This document shows, one piece after another, positions 18,058 to 26,375 of a stretch of DNA of 32,000 bases. The notes under the pieces were generated by a model that searched no databases, was not told the DNA's origin, and worked only from the letters and a program-made list of their open reading frames with translations. The first letter of the stretch is position 1. Every line of letters begins with the position of its first letter. A program made the translations under genes and the position numbers. Source of the DNA: Delftia acidovorans NBRC 14950 (GTDB taxonomy: Bacteria > Pseudomonadota > Gammaproteobacteria > Burkholderiales > Burkholderiaceae_C); NCBI RefSeq assembly GCF_001598795.1, contig NZ_BCZP01000005.1, forward strand, positions 300,001-332,000. Direction: 5' to 3'.

Positions 18058-18498
18058 ATGACCGCATCTTCACCCGCTTCCCAACCACCCCCTTCCCTCA
18101 CCACTCGCCAAGCGGGAAAAGCCAAGGCTTGCCGCAGGCATCGCAGGACCCACTGCACCATGCAGACCGCGCTGGCCTTCATGCAGCGATCCCTGGAATT
18201 CCTGGTGCGCGTGGCAGGCGAACACGACAACGCCAACTACGACGACGACGGCACCGATGCCGATGTGGAACTGGCCGTGGAACTGGCGCTGGAGCACATC
18301 AGGCGCCTGCGCGCAGCGGAGCCCATGGAGCGCGAGGCCTTCGCCCAACACTGGAACATGGCGGCGGCCGCTATCCGGCTGGGGGCGCTTGCCTACGGCC
18401 GCACCGACAGCACCTACTACCGCATGCTGAGCTTTGTGCAGCAGCAGTTCGACGTATCGGCGGCCATGGTGGAATTTGTGGATGAGGCGCAGGACTGA
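18058..18498 (+). CDS. Hypothetical small protein (146 aa; basic Cys/His N-terminus plus acidic helical body), copy 1
   Basis: AGGAG 7 nt before ATG 18058. High GC3 from codon ~35 onward. Near-identical paralog 880 nt downstream. I recognise no family. Confidence 0.7.
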   Translation: MTASSPASQPPPSLTTRQAGKAKACRRHRRTHCTMQTALAFMQRSLEFLVRVAGEHDNANYDDDGTDADVELAVELALEHIRRLRAAEPMEREAFAQHWNMAAAAIRLGALAYGRTDSTYYRMLSFVQQQFDVSAAMVEFVDEAQD

Positions 18499-18519
18499 GA
18501 CCCCGGCCCCGGGTGGCGC

Positions 18520-18672
18520 TCAGCGCCAGCAGTCCTCCACCGTTCCCAAGGGCGAGGGCGAGATGCCTTCCTGCTTGAAGCCGCATGTCCAGGGCCGGAT
18601 GGCGCGCCGGCACCTCGCGAGTGTGTCAGCCGGACTGCAGGCTTGCGGCGTCTCCCAGGCCAGGGGCAGAAG
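18520..18672 (-). pseudogene. Fossil 3' end of a pilE-like pilin gene (no start codon, no N-terminal pilin domain)
   Basis: The minus-strand frame reads ...CGFKQEGISPSPLGTVEDCWR*, versus the intact PilE C-terminus ...LGVKGISPLGTVGDCWR*. The frame is open for only 50 codons, contains no Met, and is closed upstream by a stop at 18673-18675. Confidence 0.6.
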
Positions 18673-18937
18673 TCATTACACTTGTCGCCAAGCCGAAAGG
18701 CCCGGTGTGTCGTAACACCTATCTGGAGAGGTTGCAGCCCCCACCTTCAAGCGGGGTTTTGTCATGCCCAAATTTAAGAGGCTGGTGCGCCCGTGCGCGC
18801 CAGCCTGCATGGTTTCGGGCGAGATGGGCCTACCCGCGAGGATGGCCGCACGGCTCCGGACGTGTTACGAACATCTCGTCCACCCGTCGCCCTTCGTAAG
18901 GCAGCGTGTGGTGCTCAATGAGCCCGGAGCAAGAACC
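18654..18937 (+). promoter_or_regulatory. Candidate structured 5' leader / cis-regulatory RNA, copy 2
   Basis: Same 59-nt block (18654-18712). Hairpins at 18736-18758, 18780-18805 (11 bp) and 18880-18911. A TGCTC/GAGCA helix (18912-18931) that sequesters the GGAG SD. Confidence 0.45.
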
Positions 18938-19378
18938 ATGACCGCATCTTCACCCGCTTCCCGACCACCCCCTTCCCTCACCACTCGCCAAGCGGGAAAA
19001 GCCAAGGCTTGCCGCAGGCATCGCAGGACCCACTGCACCATGCGGACCGCGCTGGCCTTCATGCAGCGATCCCTGGAATTCCTGGTGCGCGTGGCAGGCG
19101 AACACGACAACGCCAACTACGACGACGACGGCACCGATGCCGATGTGGAGCTGGCCGTGGAACTGGCGCTGGAGCACATCAGGCGCCTGCGCGCAGCGGG
19201 GCCCATGGAGCGCGAGGCCTTCACCCAACACTGGAGCATGGCGGCGGCCGCCATTCGGCTGGGGGCGCTTGCCTACGGCCGCACCGACAGCACCTACTAC
19301 CGCATGCTGGGCTTTGTGCAGCAGCAGTTCGAGGTGTCGGCGGCCATGGTGGAATTTGTGGATGAGGCGCAGGACTGA
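18938..19378 (+). CDS. Hypothetical small protein (146 aa), copy 2
   Basis: GGAG 8 nt before ATG 18938. It has 7 amino-acid differences from copy 1. It is convergent with pilE, with a 20-nt gap between the two stops. Confidence 0.7.
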   Translation: MTASSPASRPPPSLTTRQAGKAKACRRHRRTHCTMRTALAFMQRSLEFLVRVAGEHDNANYDDDGTDADVELAVELALEHIRRLRAAGPMEREAFTQHWSMAAAAIRLGALAYGRTDSTYYRMLGFVQQQFEVSAAMVEFVDEAQD

Positions 19379-19398
19379 GACCCCGGCCCCGGTGGCGC

Positions 19399-19812
19399 TC
19401 AGCGCCAGCAGTCCCCCACCGTTCCCAGGGGCGAGATGCCCTTCACGCCCAGGGCGTTCAGGGTGTAGTCGCCGCAGCGCCTGTCCGATGCCTGGCGGCC
19501 TGTGCGCGTGGCCTTGAGCGTGTAGCCGCCGTCATTGGCGGTCGTGGCCATCGTCAGGGTGTAGTGGCCGTTCTCGGACTTGTCTCCCCAGGGCAGCCTG
19601 AGGTTGGCGACGGAGCTTGTGTAGCCGCCGTTCTGGGCCCGCCAGCGCTCCTGCCGGGCGGCGGCCTCGCCCAGCAGGCTTTGCGCTTCCACGCGCCGCG
19701 ATCGCAGCACGTATTCCTGGTAGGAGGGGTAGGCGATCGCCGAAAGAATGGCGACCACCGCCACCGTGATCATCAGCTCGATCAGCGTGAATCCATGTAG
19801 CTTGCTGCGCAC
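19399..19812 (-). CDS. pilE: Type IV minor pilin PilE
   Basis: GTG start at 19812, preceded by AAGGAG. Prepilin N-terminus (V)RSKLHGFTLIELMITVAVVAILSAIAYPSYQEYVLRSRRVEAQ...AAARQERW closely parallels P. aeruginosa PilE. C-terminal Cys pair. Confidence 0.9.
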   Translation of the reverse strand: MRSKLHGFTLIELMITVAVVAILSAIAYPSYQEYVLRSRRVEAQSLLGEAAARQERWRAQNGGYTSSVANLRLPWGDKSENGHYTLTMATTANDGGYTLKATRTGRQASDRRCGDYTLNALGVKGISPLGTVGDCWR

Positions 19813-19892
19813 GCATTTCTCCTTGGGGGCCCGCAGGGCCAGCCAGACGGCCGGGGCCGGCAGGCCCCTGTGTGTAGTGGATGGGATGGCGG

Positions 19893-22800
19893 TCACGGGT
19901 TCGCTGGCTGGCGGCGCCAGCTCTGTCGCCCCCGGTCCACTCCGCTGTTGATATCGTCGCCCCCGGTCTTGACTGGGTCTCCCGCCCCGCTTTGCTTTCC
20001 GCTGGAGTCGAAGATCTTCGCGCCGCTGATGGTGGGCCTGCCCGGCCCCACCTCGCGGCCGTTGACCTGCTGGCCTGCCAGGTTGTCGGAGGCGTTGAAG
20101 ATGCCGTCGCCGTTCACATCGAAGGCGACATAGTCGGTCTTGCCCCCGGTGTCGGGATCGATGGCGTAGATCGTGCTGGCCAGGCCTGCGGAGCAGGGGT
20201 CGCCCAGCGGTGGCCGGATGGAGGTGAACACCAGACCCCGCCCGTACAGGCTCATGTCGTAGACCAGTCTTTCTCCATCGCGCGGCAGATCGACGTACCA
20301 GCCCCAGCTGTGCACATTGGAGTCGGCGGTGCTGGTGGCGTCCTTGTACCAGGTGACCGGGTTGGCCGACAGGGCGAACTTGCCCGGAAAGCCGCTCACC
20401 TGGGTGAACTGCTGGGCCTGCAGATCCCCGCGCCCCTTGCCGGCGGTAGGCAGCGGCTGCGGCGCAGTCGTGGCGGGTGTGCCGTAGCGATCCCAGATAC
20501 CGAACACCGATTGCCGGCGCATGTCCAGCTTGTCGTCATCCGTCATGAAGCGGCCCGTGCCGAAGGCCACCACATCGCCCTTGCCGCTGGAGTGCCGCAC
20601 CACGTAGGGTGCGGTGGTGATGGACAGCCGCTTGCCGCCGCTGCGTTCGGACTCACGTGCCACAAAGAACAGTTGCGCATTCCATGAGCCGCTGGCACCA
20701 CTGGCCAGGTCTACGCGCCATACATTGCCCGCAAGATCACCGGCATAGGCCACGTCCACCTTGCCATCGCCGTTGTTGTCCACCACGGCGGCGCGCGACA
20801 GGCCGTTTTTCGGCGCAGGCAGCGCGCTCAGCTCTGCGGCCGTCATGCCTGCCGCGAAATCAAAGCGCCGGATGACCTCGCCACTGGAGACATCCAGCAC
20901 AAACAGGCTGGACTCGCCGGAGGCGCTGTTCGACGCCTGGTAGCCATTGGACAGGAATACCACCCACCTGCCCTTGGACCGGCCGGCATCGTTGAGCCGC
21001 GCAACGACAGGCGCGGGCATCGAGTAACCCATGCGTTCGTCCTGTTCAACCCCGAACTCCCACAGCAACCGGGGGGAGGTGGGGTCCGTGACGTCCAGCG
21101 CAAAGACCTGCCGCCCGCCCGCACCCAGGCTGCCGACCAGCACCCTGTGCCAGGCGTTGCCGAAGTAGACATCCGAGACCACGGGCGTCCCGTCCACGAA
21201 GTAGCGGTGGGGAGCGCCGCCCGCGCCATACCGGGACGCCAGGACATTGAGCGAATCCTTCACGCCCGATGGAATGAAGGCGAACTCCTCCTTGCCCGAT
21301 GCCGCGTCGAAGGCGTGCAGCATGCCGTCGTTGGCGCCCACATACAGCATCTCCTTGGTCGCCTGTTTCGCGGCAAAGGCGGCATAGGTGGTGCTGCCCT
21401 CCAGCTTGTCCGCGGCAGAGGCGCGGTACAGGCCGCCCTTGACCCGTACCAGCGAGGAATTGACGATATCGCCCAGCACATTGGGCTTTCCACTGTCCAG
21501 GGGCTTGCGCACGCGCAAGTCATCGCGCACCTCGCCACGCAGGAACTCGATGCGCTTTTTTGCCTGGCCATCGGCGGAGTTCGTGGCCGGGTCCGTGTTG
21601 AGCACGGCCAGCCAGGACGCATCGGAGCGCTGCCCGCTGAGACTGGAGTACGTGAAAGGGCTCAGCGACACGGCACTGCCGGTCCTGCTGGGATAGTAGA
21701 TCTTGCGGTCATCGGCGGACCGCGCCGACAGGAGTTCCGCCGCGCTCCACACCAGCGTTCTGTCGCTGGTGGTGAGCTTCTCGCGGATGACATCGCCGCT
21801 CCAGTACTGGACCTCGAACGTGGTCCGGTACAGGTCGGCGCCTTCGCCCAGTGTCGCAGTGGGCATGTCCACGCTGACCGCCGTCACGGAACTGATGCTC
21901 TGCAGGATGTCGTTGAACGCCTTGGTCAATTGGTCCTTGAGCGTGCCGGCATTGGTCACCAGAAAATAGTTGTCCGGATCTCCCGTGATCTTGGAGGGGT
22001 CGCGGTCCGGCACACCGTACTTGGCGGCATACCACAGCGGTCCCTTCAGGAAGCTGCCCGCGTCGGTCGCATTGCCGGGAGTGAAGCTGCGGGTGGCCGT
22101 GAGTCCCAGGTTCGTGCATTCCGTGCGCTGCTGGGCCGAGATGCTGCCCCGGCAGTAGCCCGGATCGCGATTGGGTGGCGTGTTGTAGGCGTAGTAGGCC
22201 GAGGCCGTGTCCTTGTCACGCACCTCCAGGTACATGCCGTCCTTGGTGGTGCCCGAGATCACATAGCCCATGTGCTGTCCCAGGCCGCCAGCGGCGTATT
22301 CGGACACCATGTCGATCTTCACCTTGCCATCGGCCTGCAGCGCGACCGTGTAGCGCGCGATGGCGTCCATGTCATGGTCGGCGCCCTGCTCCACGTCCTC
22401 GTAGTTGATGCGGAACTCCGCATAGGGCCGCCCGCCATTGACCGAGGCATCGATGTCCGCCTTGCCCGTGTTGGCAATGTTGACCACGTAGTAGTCGACG
22501 ATCTGGTTGGTCGGCGTGAAGACCGCATTGTTCACGGTGCTGCCGCCGGCACTGCCGGAGACGGTCTTGGCAAACGGCGCAATGGTCACAAAGCGTTTGC
22601 CGCCGATCGGAAAGCGTATTTCCGGCAGCGGTGACGCAATGGCCACGGAGTAGGTCCTCAGCGCATTCTTGCCCTGGCTGTTGCCGAACATGGCATTCCT
22701 GGCGCCGAAACGGGCCACACCGGCGGCATAGTAGGTGCCTTCCTTGCTGGGCTCCTCGGGAGACAGGCCGCGCGCCCAGGACAGGTCTGCAATGGTCTTG

Positions 22801-24398
22801 ACCGAAGGAGCCTGGTCGGCATTGGCCGACGTTGACTGGCCGATGAAGAAGTTCTTCCCGTCTATGCGCTCGGCCGAGCCGATGGCCGCCACCTCGTCAG
22901 AGACATTGAAGCCATTGAGGGCGCTGGCACTGACGCTCGCGTAGCGGCTGCCGGGCAGCTTGCCGTCGTAGGAGGGATTGATGTCGCTGAGCACCGTCAT
23001 GACGGGACGGGAGCAGTACTGGTAGCCGCCCCCGCCTTCGGCCTTGGCCCTGTAGGGCGTTTCCCAGGCGGGCTTGGACAGACCCAGGGACGCATCCTTG
23101 GAGGAGCCGCCGGCGTAGTCATAGATGCCGAGGGCCTGGGATGCGCCGCCGAAATAGCGCATGGTCTCGAACATCATCTCGCTGATGGGGTTGCCCCACA
23201 TGGCGCACTTCGAAGGCTTGTCCAGCGAACTGATGGGGCCGGACGTGATCCAGCCGCATTCCACGTATTTGCCGCCGGTGTAGCCTATCAGGCGCTGGCG
23301 GTCTATGTTGGCGACCACGCCATTGACACCCGTCCTGAACTGGCCCGTCTGAGGGTCGACTTCGTCTGCGAAATTGCTGATATTGCGGCGCAGCACGCCG
23401 CCGGCGATGTTTTTCTCGTACGAGCCTGTGAGCAGGCCGAAGTACATCTTCCCGTTCTCTCCGAAGTCGTGCAGCAGCCCCGTGGGCTTGTAGATGGTCT
23501 TGCCGCCGTTGGGATAGGCCTTGCAGCTGGCCTCGAGCAACTGGACATTGCTGCTGGAGCAGGCCTCCACAAGCAGGTTGTAGTCGGTGATCCTGCTGCT
23601 GCCTCGCGCGCACGAATTGCCGCCTGCACAGTTGCTCTGCCCTGCAAAGCCCTCCTGGGACACCCAATCCCAGATCTGGAACGAGGAGTCATTGAGCACG
23701 CGCAACTGGGTGATGACGCCAGCGGCCTCCCCCAGCGTGGTGACGGCAAACAGATGGCGCGTGCCGACCGCCGGCGAGCGCAGCGGCGCATAGTCCGAAA
23801 TGCTGTAGACCTTGGCATCCCGCGCAGGGTCATAGGCCTTGCCCCAGCTGTGCGCATCCCTGGGAATGTAGGCGGTCTGCAAAACGGTGCGCGAAGCCGT
23901 GTCCTCCGCACGCATGCCGCCATAGAGTACGCGGCGTATGGCGTCCATGCGCGATGTGCCCAGATAGTTCAGGAAGTCGCCGCTCCAGTTGTTCGAGCAC
24001 TTTTTCCTGTTGCTTCCGGTCGCTGCCTGCGAGGGCACGAAAACACCCTTGGAATAGCTGTAGCAGACGTTGTTGTTGAAGTAGCCGTAGTAGTCGATCT
24101 GGTCCGGCTTGTACCCGACATCGATCACACCGTCGCCGTTGAGGTCGGAGGCATCGTTGTAGGCCTCGTAGTACAGCTTGTGGTCACGCCCCATCACCAG
24201 CATGTTCAAGGGCGCCAGCGCCTGGTTCACGAACAGCGGCATCTGGGACAGCACGGTGTCCGCACGCCCCTGGGCATGCGCCGGCGTACTGGCCAGTGCC
24301 AGTGCGCACGTCCACAGCGCCAGGGCCGGCCACGCGCGTGCCCGGCCCTGGCGCGCCCTCGGGCCATGCATGGTTTTCCAACTTGCAATGCGAGCCAT
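19893..24398 (-). CDS. pilY1: PilY1/PilC-family type IV pilus tip adhesin / biogenesis factor (1501 aa)
   Basis: GGGAGGGAG SD 5 nt before ATG 24398. Signal peptide ...ALALASTPAHA. C-terminal propeller region with the family calcium site VVDNNGDGKVDVAYAGDLAGNVWRVDL and a second EF-hand-like loop DVNGDGIFNASD. Its position between pilX and pilE fits the family. Confidence 0.9.
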   Translation of the reverse strand: MARIASWKTMHGPRARQGRARAWPALALWTCALALASTPAHAQGRADTVLSQMPLFVNQALAPLNMLVMGRDHKLYYEAYNDASDLNGDGVIDVGYKPDQIDYYGYFNNNVCYSYSKGVFVPSQAATGSNRKKCSNNWSGDFLNYLGTSRMDAIRRVLYGGMRAEDTASRTVLQTAYIPRDAHSWGKAYDPARDAKVYSISDYAPLRSPAVGTRHLFAVTTLGEAAGVITQLRVLNDSSFQIWDWVSQEGFAGQSNCAGGNSCARGSSRITDYNLLVEACSSSNVQLLEASCKAYPNGGKTIYKPTGLLHDFGENGKMYFGLLTGSYEKNIAGGVLRRNISNFADEVDPQTGQFRTGVNGVVANIDRQRLIGYTGGKYVECGWITSGPISSLDKPSKCAMWGNPISEMMFETMRYFGGASQALGIYDYAGGSSKDASLGLSKPAWETPYRAKAEGGGGYQYCSRPVMTVLSDINPSYDGKLPGSRYASVSASALNGFNVSDEVAAIGSAERIDGKNFFIGQSTSANADQAPSVKTIADLSWARGLSPEEPSKEGTYYAAGVARFGARNAMFGNSQGKNALRTYSVAIASPLPEIRFPIGGKRFVTIAPFAKTVSGSAGGSTVNNAVFTPTNQIVDYYVVNIANTGKADIDASVNGGRPYAEFRINYEDVEQGADHDMDAIARYTVALQADGKVKIDMVSEYAAGGLGQHMGYVISGTTKDGMYLEVRDKDTASAYYAYNTPPNRDPGYCRGSISAQQRTECTNLGLTATRSFTPGNATDAGSFLKGPLWYAAKYGVPDRDPSKITGDPDNYFLVTNAGTLKDQLTKAFNDILQSISSVTAVSVDMPTATLGEGADLYRTTFEVQYWSGDVIREKLTTSDRTLVWSAAELLSARSADDRKIYYPSRTGSAVSLSPFTYSSLSGQRSDASWLAVLNTDPATNSADGQAKKRIEFLRGEVRDDLRVRKPLDSGKPNVLGDIVNSSLVRVKGGLYRASAADKLEGSTTYAAFAAKQATKEMLYVGANDGMLHAFDAASGKEEFAFIPSGVKDSLNVLASRYGAGGAPHRYFVDGTPVVSDVYFGNAWHRVLVGSLGAGGRQVFALDVTDPTSPRLLWEFGVEQDERMGYSMPAPVVARLNDAGRSKGRWVVFLSNGYQASNSASGESSLFVLDVSSGEVIRRFDFAAGMTAAELSALPAPKNGLSRAAVVDNNGDGKVDVAYAGDLAGNVWRVDLASGASGSWNAQLFFVARESERSGGKRLSITTAPYVVRHSSGKGDVVAFGTGRFMTDDDKLDMRRQSVFGIWDRYGTPATTAPQPLPTAGKGRGDLQAQQFTQVSGFPGKFALSANPVTWYKDATSTADSNVHSWGWYVDLPRDGERLVYDMSLYGRGLVFTSIRPPLGDPCSAGLASTIYAIDPDTGGKTDYVAFDVNGDGIFNASDNLAGQQVNGREVGPGRPTISGAKIFDSSGKQSGAGDPVKTGGDDINSGVDRGRQSWRRQPANP

Positions 24399-24417
24399 TG
24401 AAGCTCCCTCCCCCTGC

Positions 24418-25011
24418 TTACTTTATGAACATGTTGACGCTGGACCGCAGGCACAGCGCATCCGCTCCGCAGGCCTGGGCCTGCGACTTTTCCGTGGCCT
24501 GGGCATTGACCTCATAGAAGTCCGTGCAGCCGGTGGCGGGTGCATCCAGCGCGGACGTCGCACTACCCGACTTGGGACAGGCGGTCGTGATGTATCGGGG
24601 ATACCAGTACCCATCGGGCTTCTGAAACCCGGCCGCCTTGGCCTTGGTCGTACGAAAATCCGTACCGAGCCCGATGGAGTCCGTACGCACGTCGGACACC
24701 GAGCAGGGAATGCCGCTGCCCTCGGCCACCGGAGTGCCGGCGCCATTGCAGGGCTTGAGTGCGACGGCATGCTCCAGCAGCTTGCGCTCGCCTTCTCGCA
24801 GCGTGCCATCCGCGGTTTCATACAGCCGCTGGCTATCCACCATGTTGGCAGCGATGCGCGCCTCCAGCGTGGCCACGCGCATGCCGACCACCGCCAGCAA
24901 CAACACAAGCAGCAGCATGATCATGGACACCAGCAAGGCATTGCCGCGCTGGCGCCCGTGCAGGACACAGGACATGCAGCGGCGGCTCCGGGCTCCGATC
25001 AGCGCGGTCAT
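24418..25011 (-). CDS. pilX: Type IV pilus minor pilin PilX
   Basis: HGRQRGNALLVSMIMLLLVLLLAVVGMRVATLEARIAANM matches the PilX N-terminal domain. ATG 25011 overlaps the pilW stop (ATGA). An alternative start at 24975 (MSCVLHGRQRG) would give a shorter leader. Confidence 0.8.
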   Translation of the reverse strand: MTALIGARSRRCMSCVLHGRQRGNALLVSMIMLLLVLLLAVVGMRVATLEARIAANMVDSQRLYETADGTLREGERKLLEHAVALKPCNGAGTPVAEGSGIPCSVSDVRTDSIGLGTDFRTTKAKAAGFQKPDGYWYPRYITTACPKSGSATSALDAPATGCTDFYEVNAQATEKSQAQACGADALCLRSSVNMFIK

Positions 25012-25802
25012 GGCATCAGATTCCTCAGGGTAAGCGTGCTGGTGGCCAGTTGCAGCAGGGGGCCGGCATTCGCATCGCATCGGGCCGCGGCGCCGCCCAG
25101 TTGCGCCCAACGCTCGCAGACGGTGGAGGCCATGCCCTGCGTCACCTTGCCGGAGCTTTCCAGCAAGAGGGCAAGGCGCAGGGAACGGATGGTTTCCTGC
25201 TGCCCGGGCAACGTGGCCGCGAAGGCATCGACCCTGCGTATCGCGCCGGGCGCTGTCTGCCGATCGATGCCGAACTCGAAATGCACCGCCCGCACGCCAT
25301 CGGCGAGCGGCACAACCTCCTGCGCTGCCCGGCAGACCAGCACACCACTTTCAACGGTGTATTTCTCCGCGAACATGCCGGTCGCCGGCGCCGGAGCGTC
25401 ATAGGGGCCGGCGGCTCCCAGGTTCGCGGGCGTGCCCGCACAATCGGTTTCCGCAGCGTCCCGGGGCTGGAAGCGAAGGCAGATGCTCTGCGCGTCAGCC
25501 GCGTAGAGCGCCTGTCCCTGGGCGAACTGGCAGCCGTTGGGATGGGGCGAGGAATCGGCAGGAAATGCGTCGAACATCGCCTGCGAAGGGTCTCTCCTGT
25601 AGCCTGCCTTGGAGAACTCGGAGTCCAGCACGGCCAGCGCCAGCCGGCTGTTGCCGAGGTTCTCGCTCTGCCCCACGCGAAAACCGAAGCTCGACAGCCC
25701 CTGCATGTAGATGGTGGTGGCAATCAGCACGAGGAACAGGCCGATGGCCAGCGCCACCATAATCTCCACCAGGGACATGCCCGCCTGTGACGGCATGCGC
25801 AT
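25008..25802 (-). CDS. pilW: Type IV pilus minor pilin PilW
   Basis: Short leader plus hydrophobic segment: MRMPSQAG/MSLVEIMVALAIGLFLVLIATTIYMQ. Operon position fits. The start is uncertain; upstream in-frame ATGs at 25868 and 25880 would overlap pilV. Confidence 0.75.
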   Translation of the reverse strand: MRMPSQAGMSLVEIMVALAIGLFLVLIATTIYMQGLSSFGFRVGQSENLGNSRLALAVLDSEFSKAGYRRDPSQAMFDAFPADSSPHPNGCQFAQGQALYAADAQSICLRFQPRDAAETDCAGTPANLGAAGPYDAPAPATGMFAEKYTVESGVLVCRAAQEVVPLADGVRAVHFEFGIDRQTAPGAIRRVDAFAATLPGQQETIRSLRLALLLESSGKVTQGMASTVCERWAQLGGAAARCDANAGPLLQLATSTLTLRNLMP

Positions 25803-25830
25803 GCGGCACGCCCGTGCGTCCGGCCCGTGC

Positions 25831-26352
25831 TCAAAGCCGCGACCGCAGCGTGAATGTGCAAAATTCATTGTCGCTTCCATCCAGACATTGGCCTTTCTTG
25901 ACCGGCCAGGCCACCGTCACGGACACCAGGCCATCGGCATCGGCGCTCACGGCGAAGGAGGTGTCGATGTGGTCCGCGGTGAGATCGGGCACCAGCTTGC
26001 GGGCCCGCTCGCCCCAGCAGGCCAGGCGCTGCGCCCGCGGCTGCGGCAAAGGCTGGCAGGCCGCAGGGGCCGCGGGCATCGCGGCCCCCTGCAGCTTCTG
26101 ATAGCCGGCCAGTTCCTCCACGGGCACACCCTTCGCGTCCAGGACCGTGGCCGTATCCCCCCGCAGGGTCTCCAGCAGTTCGGAAGCCAGCATGGATGCC
26201 ATCTGGCGCCGCTCGGTATCCACGGTGTATTCAATGGCACGCACATGGATGCGCACGGCGCCCAGCAGCCCCACGGCCACCAGCAGCACGGCGACGAGTA
26301 CCTCGATAAGGCCTGCGCCGCGTTGCCTGCGAGAAGAAAAAGGAATGGACAT
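25831..26352 (-). CDS. pilV: Type IV pilus minor pilin / modification protein PilV
   Basis: MSIPFSSRRQRG/AGLIEVLVAVLLVAVGLLG...IEYTVDTERRQMASMLASELLETLR parallels P. aeruginosa PilV. An alternative start at 26376 would overlap the upstream stop (TGATG). Confidence 0.8.
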   Translation of the reverse strand: MSIPFSSRRQRGAGLIEVLVAVLLVAVGLLGAVRIHVRAIEYTVDTERRQMASMLASELLETLRGDTATVLDAKGVPVEELAGYQKLQGAAMPAAPAACQPLPQPRAQRLACWGERARKLVPDLTADHIDTSFAVSADADGLVSVTVAWPVKKGQCLDGSDNEFCTFTLRSRL

Positions 26353-26375
26353 GTTGCAGACCCGTTGCATGCGCA

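Larger units (their letters stand above)
17771..19440 (+). repeat. Tandem direct duplication of an ~880-bp module (unit 1 is 17771-18653, unit 2 is 18654 to ~19440)
   Basis: 17771-17829 is identical to 18654-18712. ORF 18058-18498 differs from 18938-19378 by 11 substitutions and no indels. The 3' flanks 18499-18567 and 19379-19440 align with a 1-nt and a 6-nt indel. The intervening leaders align only loosely. Confidence 0.9.

Noticed and set aside
17824-18498. Extended 224-aa version of small protein copy 1 (GTG 17824), and the 117-aa / 104-aa ORFs 17708-18061 and 18585-18899 that cross the leaders
   Set aside because: The two leaders differ by frame-breaking indels. Apart from the shared invariant 59-mer (PRPGAEVITLVAKPKGPVCR), none of these upstream extensions is conserved as protein between the copies. 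Only the segment from the SD-preceded ATG (18058 / 18938) is conserved.
17771-19440. Possibility that the 880-bp repeat (or the 331-bp tRNA-His repeat at 27288-27748) is a CRISPR array, an IS element or a MITE
   Set aside because: There are only two copies of long units. There is no short repeat-spacer periodicity, no terminal inverted repeats, no target-site duplication that I could see, and no transposase.
19881-24401. Plus-strand ORFs 19881-20687, 21147-22634 and 23469-24401, and several smaller ones inside pilY1
   Set aside because: All are antisense to the single uninterrupted 1501-aa PilY1 frame, which has family-specific Ca-site motifs and a good SD.
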